A DNA stretch of 64,000 bases, from assembly GCA_030141605.1 (NCBI GenBank), contig JAQGDQ010000554.1, positions 79,660 through 143,659 of the forward strand, given 5' to 3'. Source of the DNA: Tubiluchus corallicola (Eukaryota; Animalia; Priapulida). The notes beneath the pieces are model-generated. The model had not been told where the DNA came from. It made no database searches and was given only the letters and a program-made list of their open reading frames with translations. This document shows positions 15,001 through 28,968 of this stretch, piece by piece; within the stretch, counting starts at the first letter, position 1, and every line of letters starts with the position of its first letter. A program made the position numbers and the translations under genes.

Positions 15001-18000
15001 GGGGGCTCACAGAACTTGAAGGCCACAATGTCGAAATACTCTGGTTACATGCAGCAGTATGTGAATTCACTGCGGTCTTCAAGTCGCTCTGATAAATCTT
15101 ATGCTATGGAGGAGATATATAGGTTAGTTCGGCAGGCGTGGAACACCCCAAATGTAGGACGTGATCTGGCGTATGGTCTCTGTGATGTTTTGCGCAACTC
15201 CGGTGGTCTGGATGCTTTAATCTCAAATTGTGGAAGTTCCAACACAGAGCTGCGTTTCCTCTCGGCTCAAGCTCTGGAACAGTGCATGTCGACTGAAAAT
15301 CGAAACTATGTCGTCGAGAAGGGTTTACAAGATGTAGTGCAAGCTGCTTGTGTAAAGGGCGACCTACAAATGGGTCGAGTTGGCACAGGCATTTTAGAAA
15401 ACCTCTTCAAGCACTCGGAGGAAACTTGTACAAAAGTCGTGAAACAGGGAGGATTGGACACAATTTTGTCACACTCCCGTAGTCAAGATAATGGAACTCT
15501 CAGGCACTGTGCAGCTGCGTTTTCAAATCTTGCTTTGTACGGTGGTTGTGATAATCATGAGCTGATGATAGCTCGCAATGTACCAGAGTGGTTGTACCCA
15601 CTCGCATTCTCTAAGGATGACAGTACGCGCTATTACGCGTGTCTTTCCATTTGCTGTCTCGTTGCTAACAAAGCCGTCCAAACTGCTGTAAAGAAATCTG
15701 GGACATTGGACCTTGTGGAACCATTTTTGCTTTCGCACGATCCGGTCGAGTTTGCCGATTTTGATGAAATGCATCGCCATGGACGATCGAAAGAGTGGCT
15801 ACAGAGATTGTTGCCTGCTCTGATGAGCTCTAGCGAAGAAGCTCGAGCTTTGGTTGCATTTCACTTTGCTATGGAAGCTAGCATAAAGAAAAAACAAGGT
15901 AGACTGGATGTAAGTAGATTTTTTATTAATTCAGTCTTTAATGATCAGCAATTTCATAATTTTCTGTATTCACATTAATTGGAACTTCTTACTTTTTTTG
16001 TATAAACAGATTTATTTAAATATACAGAATTTTCAATAAAGCAGCAGGGTGTTTAACTCAAGATTCTTCTGTGTAAGTATTAAAACAAATTAATACCTAC
16101 GTGCACCCACTACAAAGACAATAAATTTAAAATACACATACAATTATATAAAAAAACATTACCTACTTTAGAAATGAGCGTTGGAATAAATGAAATAGCT
16201 GACTTCTTACTTTGTAATTTCATTAAAAATTGCACTTTTGTTCGAATGAAGATGCTTTTTCTTAATAGTGAGAAGCAAGATTGCCCACACCATACTCAAA
16301 TGCAACCAAACTGTGAAGCAGAATTATGACTGCTGGCTGCATGTTACTGATAACGAGCCTGTCAGTATTATTATTTAAAGCAATTTTCCATCTAATTGTG
16401 TCACTTTAAAAAACTTCAGATTAGTAATTGATATTGTCATTTCTATTAACTATTAACATTTTGCAGCAGTAGCTTTACTTGTAGCAAATATCAGTGCTGG
16501 TATTTTGGTAACATTGGGACTCTAATGTTTTGTTACCTCACACGTATTGGTACTTTGTAATATGGGCAATTTTCGTTAATTCTCTTGTATTCGTTGTGTT
16601 GCATTTCTAACTTTACTACAAAGTATACAATGTATACAGCATTGTGTGACACTTTCATCATATCATTTTTGACAAGATGCGGCTGCACTTATGATTTACT
16701 ATTGTGCTTAATTAAATATGAGCTTGTTATTATCCTACCATCTTAATTGTCGTAATTTATTTCATCATCTTAGATATTCTATGAAATTGGTGCTATAGAC
16801 GCTCTGAAACAAGTAGCCAGCTCTCCAAACAAACTTGGTTGCAAATATGCTTCAGAGGCTCTGCGGATAATTGGAGAACAAGTTCCTCACAAACTGAGTC
16901 TACAGGTGCCATTGTGGAGTGTTGAGGACGTACTGCAGTGGGTGAAACAGGTATGTACATTTACAAACAGTTGAAGCACAAATACATAATAAGCATTTTA
17001 CTTTTATTTGCAGCTCAATGATTGACAGATAAGTTTGTATTTGTGCTGCTGTAGTTTTGCATGAAATGAATTCGTTTATCTAAAGTTTTTCACTAAGTAA
17101 GTCACTTTATCTAGGTAGGAAATGCAAACAGTTTCTGTACAGAAATTGGTTGTTGTCAAAATGTTTTTGCACATTACAGTATTATCTTGTTAGTACTGTA
17201 TATAATGCATAGCTTAAATGTAGTCAGTGCTGTTGTTAATTACGCGCTGTTATCAGTTTTTATCAAATTAGAATTAGAAAATACAGACTTGGTTTTCCTA
17301 GCATTTTGTACATGTTTTCTTTGTACAATTGCAATATATTTTTATGAGCTGACAGAGTGCTCTGTATTTACCATGTGCCGTTTGTTTGGTTCTAAAAGCT
17401 CCTGTTGCTGCTCACTATGAGTTGCTCTCAATGCTAGTTATGTATGCCAATTATGATGTACGCCAACGGTTTCCTAGTTCATCCTCTACGCTCTTCTGAC
17501 GATTCAGGTCTGTTTTTAATACTGTACTTCTAAGAACTCTTTCACTTGCAGAAAACAGATGACACCACGGTACATAAACGTAAGACAAGAAGTTCAGTGC
17601 TAGGGTTTACATTTCTTTGTTTTCTTTTTATACATTTTATTTTTCATTGATTTTTGTATTTCTTAGATTCATCTTGCTACAAACACAAGAATATACCCAT
17701 TAATATCTCTTTATTTTCTGTCACTTATTTGTAATTAAATATCCTTCTGTAAAAAATATTCCATGCATGTGTAGTGTTAAAATATTGGCAGTCTGTTACG
17801 TAAATTGTTACTTTAACTGATTAATTTTTATCCTTTTTACTGCTGAGACAGATTGGCTACGAGGAATACGTGGGATCCTTCCGTCAGTGTAGAGTAGATG
17901 GTGATCTCTTACTCACTTTAACAGATAAGATGTTGAGAGAAGACATTGGAATGGGAAACGGCATTTTACGAAAACGGTGAGGGATTTGTGTTGTTATCAA

Positions 18001-21000
18001 CATAACAGCAATGTATTTATTATATAAAGGATGCAAAATCTGTAGTTTTTATTAAAATTACATATTAGTAACAAAAATTATATGAGTGTCAAAAATTACA
18101 TTGTAGTTGGCCTTTAGCATCGTCTGTTAGGAACAACATTTTGCATTTATACATGTTTATCCTGTTTGCCTGGATAAACAGGTTTATGAATGAACATGCA
18201 ACCTGTAGGATAAGCAGTATTTAGCATATTGCCAAATGTCCATGTAATTATCCAATCATTTTGACGTTAAGAAGTTTCCTCTAAGGGCTTTATAATATGT
18301 GGTCAGTCCTTTGTTATTGGAGTTAACATAGTAGCCTGCCAAGCTCTGTGTTATCTCCCAGTTCCTTATGGAGGCTATCCTTAGGCACAGGTTAATTGGT
18401 ATGTTTGACCATTTTATATTATTGTTTTAACCTAGTAATATGAATGAAAGAATAATGTCATAGTTTCGTCGACACATTTATTATCATCTACTAATCAGTT
18501 ATACTAAAACGTAGTTGGGTCTTAGAGTGTAATAGACCAATATATCTCTTATATACTATTATGATTTCATACTATTAATTTCATGTTGTCATTGTAAATA
18601 TCATTATGTAAAACCATGTAAATTACTTCTAATAATTATGCACATATTTTAATTCATCTGTTCTTTGTGTCTATCTAAGTAACAATACCTCAAATTAGAA
18701 AGACGCTTTAACACAAGCAAATTCATATTTGGGTCGGAAACTTTGAGATAATATTTGAAATTGGGGCAAATTATGCAATATGCACCAGTCTAGCTCTCGC
18801 ACCTTTTCTCTTGAAGTTAAAACTAAGAACCCCGAAGCTGCCGACAGTAGCTTCCAGAAATTAATTTCCAGACTACACTTTTGAAAGAAATTTCTTGAAC
18901 TAACAGTTTAATTTAAATTAGATTTAATAGAATATGGTTAGACCTGTTGAACATTGCCTTGCTTCTGTAGATGTTTCAGTCTAACTCCTAAGGTCTTGTA
19001 GCATGAATGCTCCTAGGTGTGAATGTTTTCTTTGTACTTCGAATTATATATGCATTGAAGAATCTTTTGGTTTTTATCTTCCCATGGCAGACATCAATTT
19101 ATCGTACCTGAAGGAACAGATCGTGCAATTTACGTCAGACTTTATTAACTTAAATTGTTTTCCGACAGTTTTACATCGATTCTTGCTTTGTTTCTGCTCA
19201 ATGCCCAAAAGTGCTGTTTTGCTTTTTTTTAATCAACAGGAAGTAGACAAACGAGAAATAATTTGATAAGAATCGGATTGTTATTGCATTTCCAGATTCC
19301 TGAGAGAGTTGACTACATTAAAGATTAATGCTGATTATTCTTCCTGTGATGCAACGGGATTGGATGTCTGGATACTATGGTTACAAACTGACTTATCACA
19401 GTACTCGTATCATATGTTACAACAAGTATGAACTTTTCTTTAATATCATATCAAGAAACTGTGACGTTCTTTATGGAACATTGTTGTATGTAAAGACGTT
19501 TATGCTTTAACTGAATATGAAAGGTGTTACAAATTTTTTGTTAATTTGTCATTACAGACAACATTACAGGCTACATTGGTTTTGTAAGATAATATTGTCT
19601 GTCGGCAAACAGAAACCTGGTATTTTTCGGGATTTGGTTTAACTAATTATTTTGATATAGTCTGGCAGATTCTTAATAATTTGTAGAGACTTTTGAAATC
19701 TAACATACACATGCCTTGATTGTCACACGTAGTGTTGTTCCTATCACACTTCAAATGTGTTCCATCTGTTTTGTCTTGATTATGTCTTAAACTAATTGTA
19801 AGTGTTTCGTGCTTTGTTTAAACAACAACAATGACAACAACAACAGCAACAACAACAACAACAACACCAATAACAACAGCAGTAGCAACAGCAACAACAA
19901 CAACAACAACAACAACAACAGCAGTAGCAACAGCAACAACAACAGCAACAGCAGCAGCAACAACAACAACAACAACAACAACGTTGCTCTTTCTTCAATG
20001 GAACCAGCAAAATCATTGACAATCGTCGTATGCCTATCAAAAAACCCTTACTCATCTCATGTTTTATATGCAGTGTGGGAGAAGTATGAATCCTGAAAGA
20101 ATAAGTTAAACATGATCAAGGTAAAAGCAAATTCTAAGAACATGTTTAATGATCAATTGATGTATCCTATGTGTAACAAGAAAGAAGACCGTATTGAACA
20201 TTTCTTTGCGCTGACAATTTTAAAGAGTGACAAAGTACGTGACACAGAAAATTGATACAGAATAAATCTCAAGTAAAATAACTTTTGGAAATTAGAGATT
20301 TTATAAGTTACTTCATAGAGTACGTCAGTGTTTTGAATAAGTATATAAAACAGCAGAGAGAGAAGTAAAAGGAAAGAAGTTAGTTCCTTTACAGACCATT
20401 TTTCCAAGGACCGCGAAATCACTATCTTATGTGCTAAAGGTTGTGAAAAATTGTGCTTTTAGGGTGTGTGCAAAGAAATGTTACCGTATCTAACAGAAGA
20501 TCACTTGCGTGACGATTGTGGCGTAACAAATGGAGTTCATAGGTTACGAATTCTTCAAGCTGTACGGACAACAAGTACAGGTACGTTGGCATAGCCAGGT
20601 GTATAAACCAACTCAATTCTTTTGTACAATATGGCGGGTTGTTAATGCATTATGTTTTTTATCTGAATGGTAGTTTAACAAGGTGCTAATTCTGAGTGTG
20701 AGTTTTTGTACATGCAAATGTATTGAAATTTTTGCAGTGACTAATCTTTTGTGTGTTTGTCACTTTTGTATCAAATAATATTTATAACTTTGCAGTGCTA
20801 TTTGTGCAAAGCTGGTGGTGGTCGCATTTGTATTTGTCCTGATTGATTTGTGATGTACATTAGCAAAGTTGCGTGTATTATGCAAGCTTTGTTTGAAACG
20901 TCTGATTTCCGAATGCGTTTGGTAGTTTTGAGTTTTTCATAATGTTCGTAGCTGTTTCATTCCGGACAAATACTAAGCTATCTCGGTGGTTTTGCATTCG

Positions 21001-24000
21001 CGTAGTTGTACTAACTTGCTGTAGTGAAGGCATAGTTTGTCTTGTAGAATTCGATACATGTGCTACATCTATAGATCCTCGGTTATTTCCAAGAACACCA
21101 GGACCAACCATGTTACAGGCAGGTATGCATCTTTATGGTGAGGGCTTTGTGGCACGTAAAGTCCTGTGTTTGTTTAGTAAACTTCTTTAATGCTTTAAGT
21201 GACAGAGCTCGTGATAATAATGAAGCAAAATATTTATTTCTCGTGCACTACTTTAATAATGTATTTTAGATTATTTAGACGTTGCACCAGTAGGTTCTAT
21301 TAGAATGCTGACTTGAACATAGCAATGGCTGCCTTTTTTATGAAACATGGTCTTTCCCGTTTATATTGAGTCTACTTTATTTGCCATATATTTCAGTTAG
21401 TATATTTACAAACTTTTATTTGGTTGTGTCAACTCTTCAAATGAGGCTGCTATCATCATCTTGCCTAAATATATGCAGGGCCAACAAATTTGGAGTCGTT
21501 TTTTATTTTCTAAAGAATATTTTGTTAACAATAATAATAAAAGCAAATGACTCAACGGAAAAAGTGTGCTTCTTGTGGTTTTGCATTTTGGCTCCTGCTT
21601 CACAATTGACCTTTGAGTTAAGATTTAGAAACATTTTTATACCGCCATTTGTGTTCAGAGGCTAAAAAAATTGTCACTTTTTCTCGCAAACACGGATTTA
21701 AAGATGAAGATGCTAAACCTAGGAAGTCGTCCAATGTCACCTGGTCTGGTGAGAGTTTATGTGATTATTTATTTGTGCTTTCACGAAACTGTTCCTGCTT
21801 TGCAGTGTTGCTTTTTTTCGTGTCTTGTTACCAGCGGCTCGATTTTCTGTTCATCGAAAGCCTTTCTATTGCGACTTTTGTCTGTCTGTCAGTCTACATC
21901 TTTAACATTTTCAATTCTCTGCCTTTTCATATATCTTTCTGTATGATCTATTCTGTAGATAATTCAATAAGTTTTCTGCAAGCATGTTGAGTGGCTTTCC
22001 CATAACTTTCTGCAGTGTTTTGTGGTTTGGAGTGCTTACGTCAAATGCTTACCTGCAAAGTTTGCTAAAATTGTTTAACATCTGATGTCGTCTATATTTG
22101 AATTGTATGGCAGTGATGTACACCACTGAAATTAGGAGAAATATATGTAAGCCATGGCCCATGTATTAAATATTGTTTGGTTTATGCTTTATATAAATTT
22201 AGGTAATCCTACTACTCTTGTCATTTGCACAACTATATAACTGCAACAAAAGCTTGACATTGATTGGCTTTTTGAAAGAGATTTCTCAAATTGTCTATAT
22301 GTCACATAGCGGTCATACGCAAATGCACTCGCATAATGCATGTATGTACGTGCTAGTACACAGATAAGTGTTAGCACTGCTTTAACCAAGCCTTTACTCT
22401 GTTGACTTGGTCATCAATAACTTACTTACAAGAAAGAATTGAAAATGTGCCACTTGTCAAGTCTATTCCCTTGTTGAGGTAATGATGCTAGTTTCTGGTT
22501 ATGCTGCTTTCGTTGCAAAACTTTTGAAGCTTCAAGCAAGTTACTGTTATGAAGAAATTTGAAGTCTTGATATCGTGATTGGGTTTTAGGATTCATACAT
22601 CTTGATTGTTTCCCCGCTTGGCCAAGTTGTAACCTTGCTTTCAATGGCTACAGTTCACATCTCGTCAATTTTTTCATTGCTTTCGCTAGTTACGTTTCTT
22701 CTTCTCTGTCATGGATGAAGTGAATTAGGCATCCTTGTCTGCAGATGTGCAATATTTGTACAGTATTTATACGCATGTGTAACGTGCTAATGTGATTGCT
22801 TACAGTATTACTGTATGTGACAGCTTTGCTAGCTCTCTTGAGGCACAACATTAGTTCTAAAGTAATGGGTAAGTCTTAACCTTCATTATTTGTATGACAT
22901 AAGCAGTGAGGAATATAAAATGAGTACATTACTATAAAACTTTTGTGTAGTTTTTGGAAAACACCAGCATTTGTGATGAAACAACACTTTTTTATAAGGT
23001 GTTGCTTGCCCTACATAGCTTCTTAATACAGATCATTGTTGACTGAAGGTACAGTATGCTCGAATCTCAGTATTCAGTATTTTGGCAATTATGCTGAACA
23101 ACACATAAACAGGTATGTATTAAAGACAATTTGCAGTAACTGTACTATACTACAGTTACTGTAGCACTTCATACTGTAGTGTAGTGCTTCAGTATGACCC
23201 AATACGCATACATGTACTTCTATTTTGAAGGAGATAGTCAAGTGGATGCGTCCGAACCTCAGGTTCCAGGAAGTGCGATGCCTACGCTCACCCCCGGGAT
23301 GGGTCCGCTGTTCTTTGATTTCAGCAGCATTAATGCCATTAACAGAAGCACAAGTATTGTTAAATTACATCATTTGCTTTTGCATCCGATTTCAATTGCA
23401 AAAGCTTTTGCGTGTCAATTTGATATCATTTTTGAATTGATCTTTCTGGCTGTTTTAGTAAAATGTTGCTGCACTGCGGCTTTTATTCTCGCTTAGCAAA
23501 TATCCAGAAAAGCAAATTGAAAGAGTTAAAGAGAGGGAGAGAGTAATCGAGCTTGTGCCCATTCATAGCTTCCTAATTTCGAATCCAATGCCGCTATTGC
23601 ATGCTTTGCAGTCTTAAAATGAAATCATTTGTATTACAGCAAAGTCATAATCTTATAATGGAGGCAGACATTGACTATGACGAGTCTGATTAAGTGAGAT
23701 TTGTTGTTTTAAGTTAAATTTTTGCTTGTGCTTTATATGTTACTGTTCATTCTAATTACTTGCATGTTGTTATGAATTAATTTTTGCACAATTTATTGTC
23801 CATTTTGCCTTATTATCTGCTAAACTAAAATCTACATGCACACAAAGTTGTGAGTTAATAAGTTCTGACGGAGAGAGAACTGTAGCTCAGCATGCACCCT
23901 GGGCACCACATTTAAATTTTTTTCAATTCATATGCACTCTTTATCGTATCTTTTGATGCTGGAAGTCAATGATTTTGTTAAAAGTAACAGTGTATTTAAA

Positions 24001-27000
24001 CTGTATTTACTATAAGCAACTTTTTTAGAGACTTTGTTTGGAATAAAATTTTTACTTGTTTATGTACAGTATTATTCGTCAAATACAAAATATAATTTCC
24101 TTTAAGAATCTGCTCTTGCAGTTTTTCATAAGTACATAAATACATTTTTGCATAATGCAGAAATTAGTTAACAAATTTTGACAATCTCTCTCAACTATTT
24201 TTGTATCTCTATCTTTCAGTCATTTGTGCTAAATTTATGGACATTATTTTTTGTCCAGTTTGTCGGGAAAGTCCTGCCAATTACATATCAAGTTTTTAGT
24301 GTCTTCAGTCAATTTTAGTGGCAAGTCCACTCACACAGCTCAAGTTTTGATACACTGTGCATTTGTGCTTGGTATTTGAAACAAAACATTACTGAATGCG
24401 TATTTATTATAAATTTTGGCTGATATGTATTTTACAGTTGCTTTGCAGAAAATTTTGCTGCTTGTTTCATGGAAATGCATGTATGGAAATAGGCTATATT
24501 TCATTAATAATATTACTTCTGCATTGATGTTAGGAAATTGTGTAGAATATTGATTAGTTTCCATTTAATGTTTCCGGTTTTGTCGTTTTCTCGAGATTAA
24601 ATTAATTAAATTCAACTGATGTACTTAGCAGCTTAAATATTACGAGTATTTTATTATTTTAACTAATTTCTAAATTAATGAAAGAGCATCAGCTTAAAGA
24701 GCAAAGATTATTTTATTATTTGGGCAAAGAGAAGATACTGTTAGCTTTAGTATTTTAAGATTATTTTCTTCTAGTAGAGGATTAAATGTTCCATTTAACC
24801 TGTTTTAAGGTTGCAAAGACTAAATTTTGTCATGGTACATTCTCTAGTTTGGACTTAAACCTTCTTTTATTCAAACAATTTTGTAATTTGTGCTGACGTA
24901 CATTATTGGTGATGCAAAAGCAGTGTTGAAGTTTTAATGTTTCCTAAGTTTGTGTTATTGCCTTTTTGTAATAATGCTTGTAACATTTTATCACAAAAAT
25001 TTCTGTCCAGATATACTATTAAGTAATACAAGTGGGTTTAGTGTTAGTTTGTTTATTTTTGTATATTGTTTATTTTTGTATAATTAATATAAGTTTATAT
25101 TCATCACCTCATTTTAAATCATCATTTGCTGCGGCAGAATCTTTTAACTGATTTGATTTGTCGCAGTGGGTATGACACCATTGTCGTCACCATGGCCACC
25201 ATCCATAGAAGCTGCAAGACCGTTGGATGTTTTTATCAGTTACAGACGATCGTCAGGCTCTCAACTTGCAAGGTTTATATTTACTTATTGAAACAGTTAG
25301 AACAGTTTTGAATAATGTCCTGTAAACGGAAAATAAGTTGTGAGTCAATTTAACTTCTACCACTGCTAACTGACCTTCTAGAAAAGTGATGTCATTTAAT
25401 CACTGGAACTCATTATTTTACTTCATTATATCAGGTACCTGCTCATACAGAGCAAAATTTATACTTCCACCCCTATAAAAGGAAAACAAATTTTTACAGG
25501 TGGAGTGTATTAACGCTGACTTCAGTATAAAAAACAGTGACAGTGGCAGCTAGGCGGGGTCTTATATAAGATGTTTAAAGTGAACAAGCTAAAAAATTCT
25601 TTGACGAGACATAGTCTATACTATGCTGTATCAGGTTAGCATAGCATACGACCTGGATTTGTCTATTGAGTTGGGAAATTATTATATCTATTAGCACATT
25701 GCAGAAAATCGGATGAAGATCGGGCTACTGTTGTGAACTATGGGGTGGGGAATAACTGAGTGGTTGTGATGTGCACTTAGCAAGTTAAATAAACTACACT
25801 GATCCTGGTCATTAAATGATAGGGTGTCCACATAGAAAGCTACTTCTAATCGGTTTCTTCTGCCGTGTTGCTTTGGCAATTTACCTTGTTGCAGGAGGAT
25901 GTAAATACACATTTCAAAATAGGCTTCCTTTATTCTGCTTAATTTAAGCCACATACTTAAAAAATCACAAACTAAACTGTCAAACGTAGACCAAATGCTG
26001 GGCAACCAGAGTAAACCAAGTCAAAACTCGACGGGGTCCATTTTCTGTAAATTTTTTGTTTTAAGTAGTTAAGTAACATTTTGTTGGTCAAAGTGCAATA
26101 TGAAATTTAGCTAAACTTTCTTATTTTTATTGTAGTCTGTTGAAAGTTCACCTGCAGTTGCGAGGTTTTCGAGTTTTCATCGATGTTGAGCGTTTGGAAG
26201 CTGGTAAATTTGACATGAACTTGCTGACGAGCATAAAGAGCTCTAAGAACTTTGTACTAGTGCTGACACATAGGGCTCTGGATAGGTGTATTCAAGATCA
26301 CGATTGTAAAGATTGGGTGCACAAGGTAAACAGAAACTTTTTAAATGTTATGCTGCTTCCACCCAGTTATACATGTCGTGCTACTGATGGAGGTATTAGA
26401 GTTGGTGGATTGGCAACTGCTTAGTCGTGACTTCTGCATATTTTACTGTAAAGATATAAGTTTTTTTTGTGTATAACTGTCATACTGATCAGAAAGGAAA
26501 TGCACATTACATCTTAGTGAATGAAAAATTGAGGATTATTTTCTATAGTACCAAATTATTGATAGATTTGCTGATGTCATTGGCATTGCTAATAGCTAAA
26601 CTAAATATCAGCAATAATGTAGCAATGGTTTTACAACAAAGTGTATGGTGGCACTTTTAGCCAAGATTATTCGAGTTAAAGAAGTAACGCATAGTTATTT
26701 TAAACCTGTGCTTAGTCATTTTTAATGCAGTTAAGTTGATAAACACGTGATTTATCAGGGCCGCAGTCAACAGTTGAAAAGAATTGTGAGGAATAAGTTC
26801 AAATATCAATGTACACATGATGATTCCATGGATTTTTTTATGAGGAAACTTGAACTTATTAAGTCGAATGAATTTCAAGTTCAAAATTGTTGAAACTAGA
26901 TGGCGTTTGTAATAGCTGTAGTTATTTATACTGGTGACATGGCAATTGATACTTTATGCTTCATTCTAACAATTTTGTTTTGGTAACTTCTGGATGTAAT

Positions 27001-28968
27001 TTTATTAAATTATAAATTAATGACCCTAATTCAGTTTGTTGAAGAAACAACGTGTGACATTTCAAAGTGTAGTACAGGAGTAAAAAGAATTTGGTTTATG
27101 TTGAGTCTGAGTCCATAACATCATATTTTACACATTTTTTTCTGTGTAGGAAGTGCGTACAGCTCTAGAATGTGACTGTAGCATAATTCCAGTCCTGGAC
27201 GGCTTTGAATGGCCCGAGGCAGATGCTCTGCCAGAAGACATGAGAGCAGTGTGCTACTTTAACGGGATACGGTAATTATGACGCATTAGAGAGTTTCTCC
27301 TACAATTGTAAAATACTTTGGCGACTGTGGCAACTGCATTGACGTCGCGTCATGTGTATCTCATGTCGCGATGATCATAGACCAGAATTATCTACACTGT
27401 ACAGTTTTACAATGATAAGCTGACACTAGAACTTTTACAGTCAGTATTTACGGGATTTGTAGTATTTCGAGCTAGGTGGACTTTAATTTGTATCAGTCTG
27501 TTTTTTTACCTTGTTCTCTACTGTCAAAGGTATTTCATCAAAAATACATCAGTAGAGTCATGGGTGTAGCAAAATGCACTTTTGCGTTGTAGGATGATTC
27601 TGACTGACTCTGGTGATATTGTTTCCGATTCAGAATTCTTCACTGTTTGACTGAAACTACATGCAGAACTCAGCACAGCTTATTTATTTTGCAGGAAAGT
27701 TAGAACATCTTGTACAGGTCTAAAGATACGAGGCTAAAGTTCATATTTTATGTTGACTATTTATCTCGGACTGTCATTGTTGGTACTAGCTGTACTAACA
27801 TAAAATGTTTGTGAATTAAGCAAATCTTTGGACTGTCAAGTAATTGTTTACACACTATACTTATGTTTCAGATGTAGATTTTGACCAATAGGTATAATTT
27901 TGTCACCCTTTAAGCTGGAATGTGTGGAATGTGTGTCCAAAGTTCTGCAAGTTTGTTTGTTTTTGCTATAGTAAGAGAATATTGTAACATCCAGAAATAG
28001 TTGCAGTTTGTCATTCGACATCTTTTGAAGTTACTGTCAGTATTATTTATTCTGCACAATTATACTTGGCTACAAAACTGTGGGGTTTTTAAAAGAAAAG
28101 ATAATACAATATCATGCAGCAGTGAGCCTCCATCTTCAACCAGTAATCTGATAAAATTAGAATGTCCTAGACTTAAAAATATTTTTTAGTGTAGCTTGAC
28201 TTTGGCCCTATTGGTTTCAATTTCTGATGAATGACAACAAAAAATTACTTCTATCAAAATAATATTTGCAAAGCCCAAAAATATGACTATAAGGAAACAA
28301 ATGTAACTGACTGGTTTATCAGTTGAGCAATCTTGGCCTTGATATAAATACTTTGTGATTACAGCCAATTTTAGTTAAAATAGTCAGTCAAAACAAACAT
28401 TCCGTCTCAGAACTGGTCCTCTCTACTTGTTCATTAAAATTACTACTTTGCAGTCCTGGTCCAGCTAGAAGCTTAGAAACAAATTTTAACTTGAGCCAGG
28501 CAAACATAACGCTTACAGCCATGATAACTCTTGCTTAATTAAAGCATTACTGATTAGTGTGTCTAAGAAACTAAAGCTATTCTCAAATCTGTCATTCTTC
28601 AGTTGACTTAACTCTTCGTAATGCTATTGGTCTTAATTTTCATTTAATTTGAAGAACAAAAAGTGAATTGGTATGTTCTTTTTAGGTGGATACATGACTA
28701 TCAAGAAGCCTGCGTGGACAAACTCGAACGATTTCTGAAAGGAGAACTCAATCCTAAAACTGATCTACAAATCAGTAACAGACACATGAATATTCACGGG
28801 GCTCCAACAGCTGCTCTTCCGGAACCGTCACGTGGGAGCACAAATAGTAGTGCCAGCAACGAAGGCAGTGCTGTGCCGATGCCCTGGATATCGCTTCCCA
28901 ATGACGAACGGGATGATGTGGATGAGAAAAACACGGAGAAAACTTCGAAAGTCAACGGAGCATTATAG
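11958..28968 (+). CDS. SARM1: SARM1 / dSarm / TIR-1 orthologue (ARM-SAM-SAM-TIR NAD+ hydrolase), 10 coding exons: join(11958..12088,14691..15909,16774..16950,17852..17976,19296..19425,20463..20580,25167..25272,26136..26325,27150..27271,28686..28968), 2601 nt, ~866 aa
   Basis: All junctions are GT-AG with matching phases and sum to 867 codons including the stop. ARM region ([39 protein letters not shown]), SAM1 ([33 protein letters not shown]), SAM2 ([18 protein letters not shown]), TIR ([52 protein letters not shown]) with the catalytic Glu conserved. Exon 1 is inferred from splice phase only. Confidence 0.95.
14691..15909 (+). CDS. SARM1: SARM1 exon 2 (Ser-rich N-terminus plus ARM domain)
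   Basis: Within ORF 14677..15978; acceptor ttttccag and donor GAT|gtaagt; ARM motifs. Confidence 0.95.
16774..16950 (+). CDS. SARM1: SARM1 exon 3 (end of ARM, start of SAM1)
   Basis: [18 protein letters not shown]...[16 protein letters not shown]; cttag / gtatgt. Confidence 0.95.
17852..17976 (+). CDS. SARM1: SARM1 exon 4 (SAM1)
   Basis: [42 protein letters not shown]; acag / gtgagg. Confidence 0.95.
19296..19425 (+). CDS. SARM1: SARM1 exon 5 (SAM1-SAM2)
   Basis: [25 protein letters not shown]...[10 protein letters not shown]; tttccag / gtatga. Confidence 0.93.
19821..19982. repeat. (CAA/CAG)n microsatellite in SARM1 intron 5
   Basis: Direct reading; explains the poly-L/C/N/T ORFs. Confidence 0.97.
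20463..20580 (+). CDS. SARM1: SARM1 exon 6 (SAM2)
   Basis: [34 protein letters not shown]; cttttag / gtacgt. Confidence 0.9.
25167..25272 (+). CDS. SARM1: SARM1 exon 7 (start of TIR)
   Basis: ...[19 protein letters not shown]; tcgcag / gtttat. Confidence 0.93.
26136..26325 (+). CDS. SARM1: SARM1 exon 8 (TIR)
   Basis: [26 protein letters not shown]...CKDWVHK; tgtag / gtaaac. Confidence 0.96.
27150..27271 (+). CDS. SARM1: SARM1 exon 9 (TIR, catalytic Glu)
   Basis: [41 protein letters not shown]; gtgtag / gtaatt. Confidence 0.96.
28686..28968 (+). CDS. SARM1: SARM1 last coding exon
   Basis: [17 protein letters not shown] then a low-complexity tail to TAG; acceptor ctttttag. Confidence 0.93.

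Noticed and set aside
19787-20096. Poly-Leu/Cys/Asn/Thr ORFs
   Set aside because: Translations of an intronic (CAA/CAG)n microsatellite
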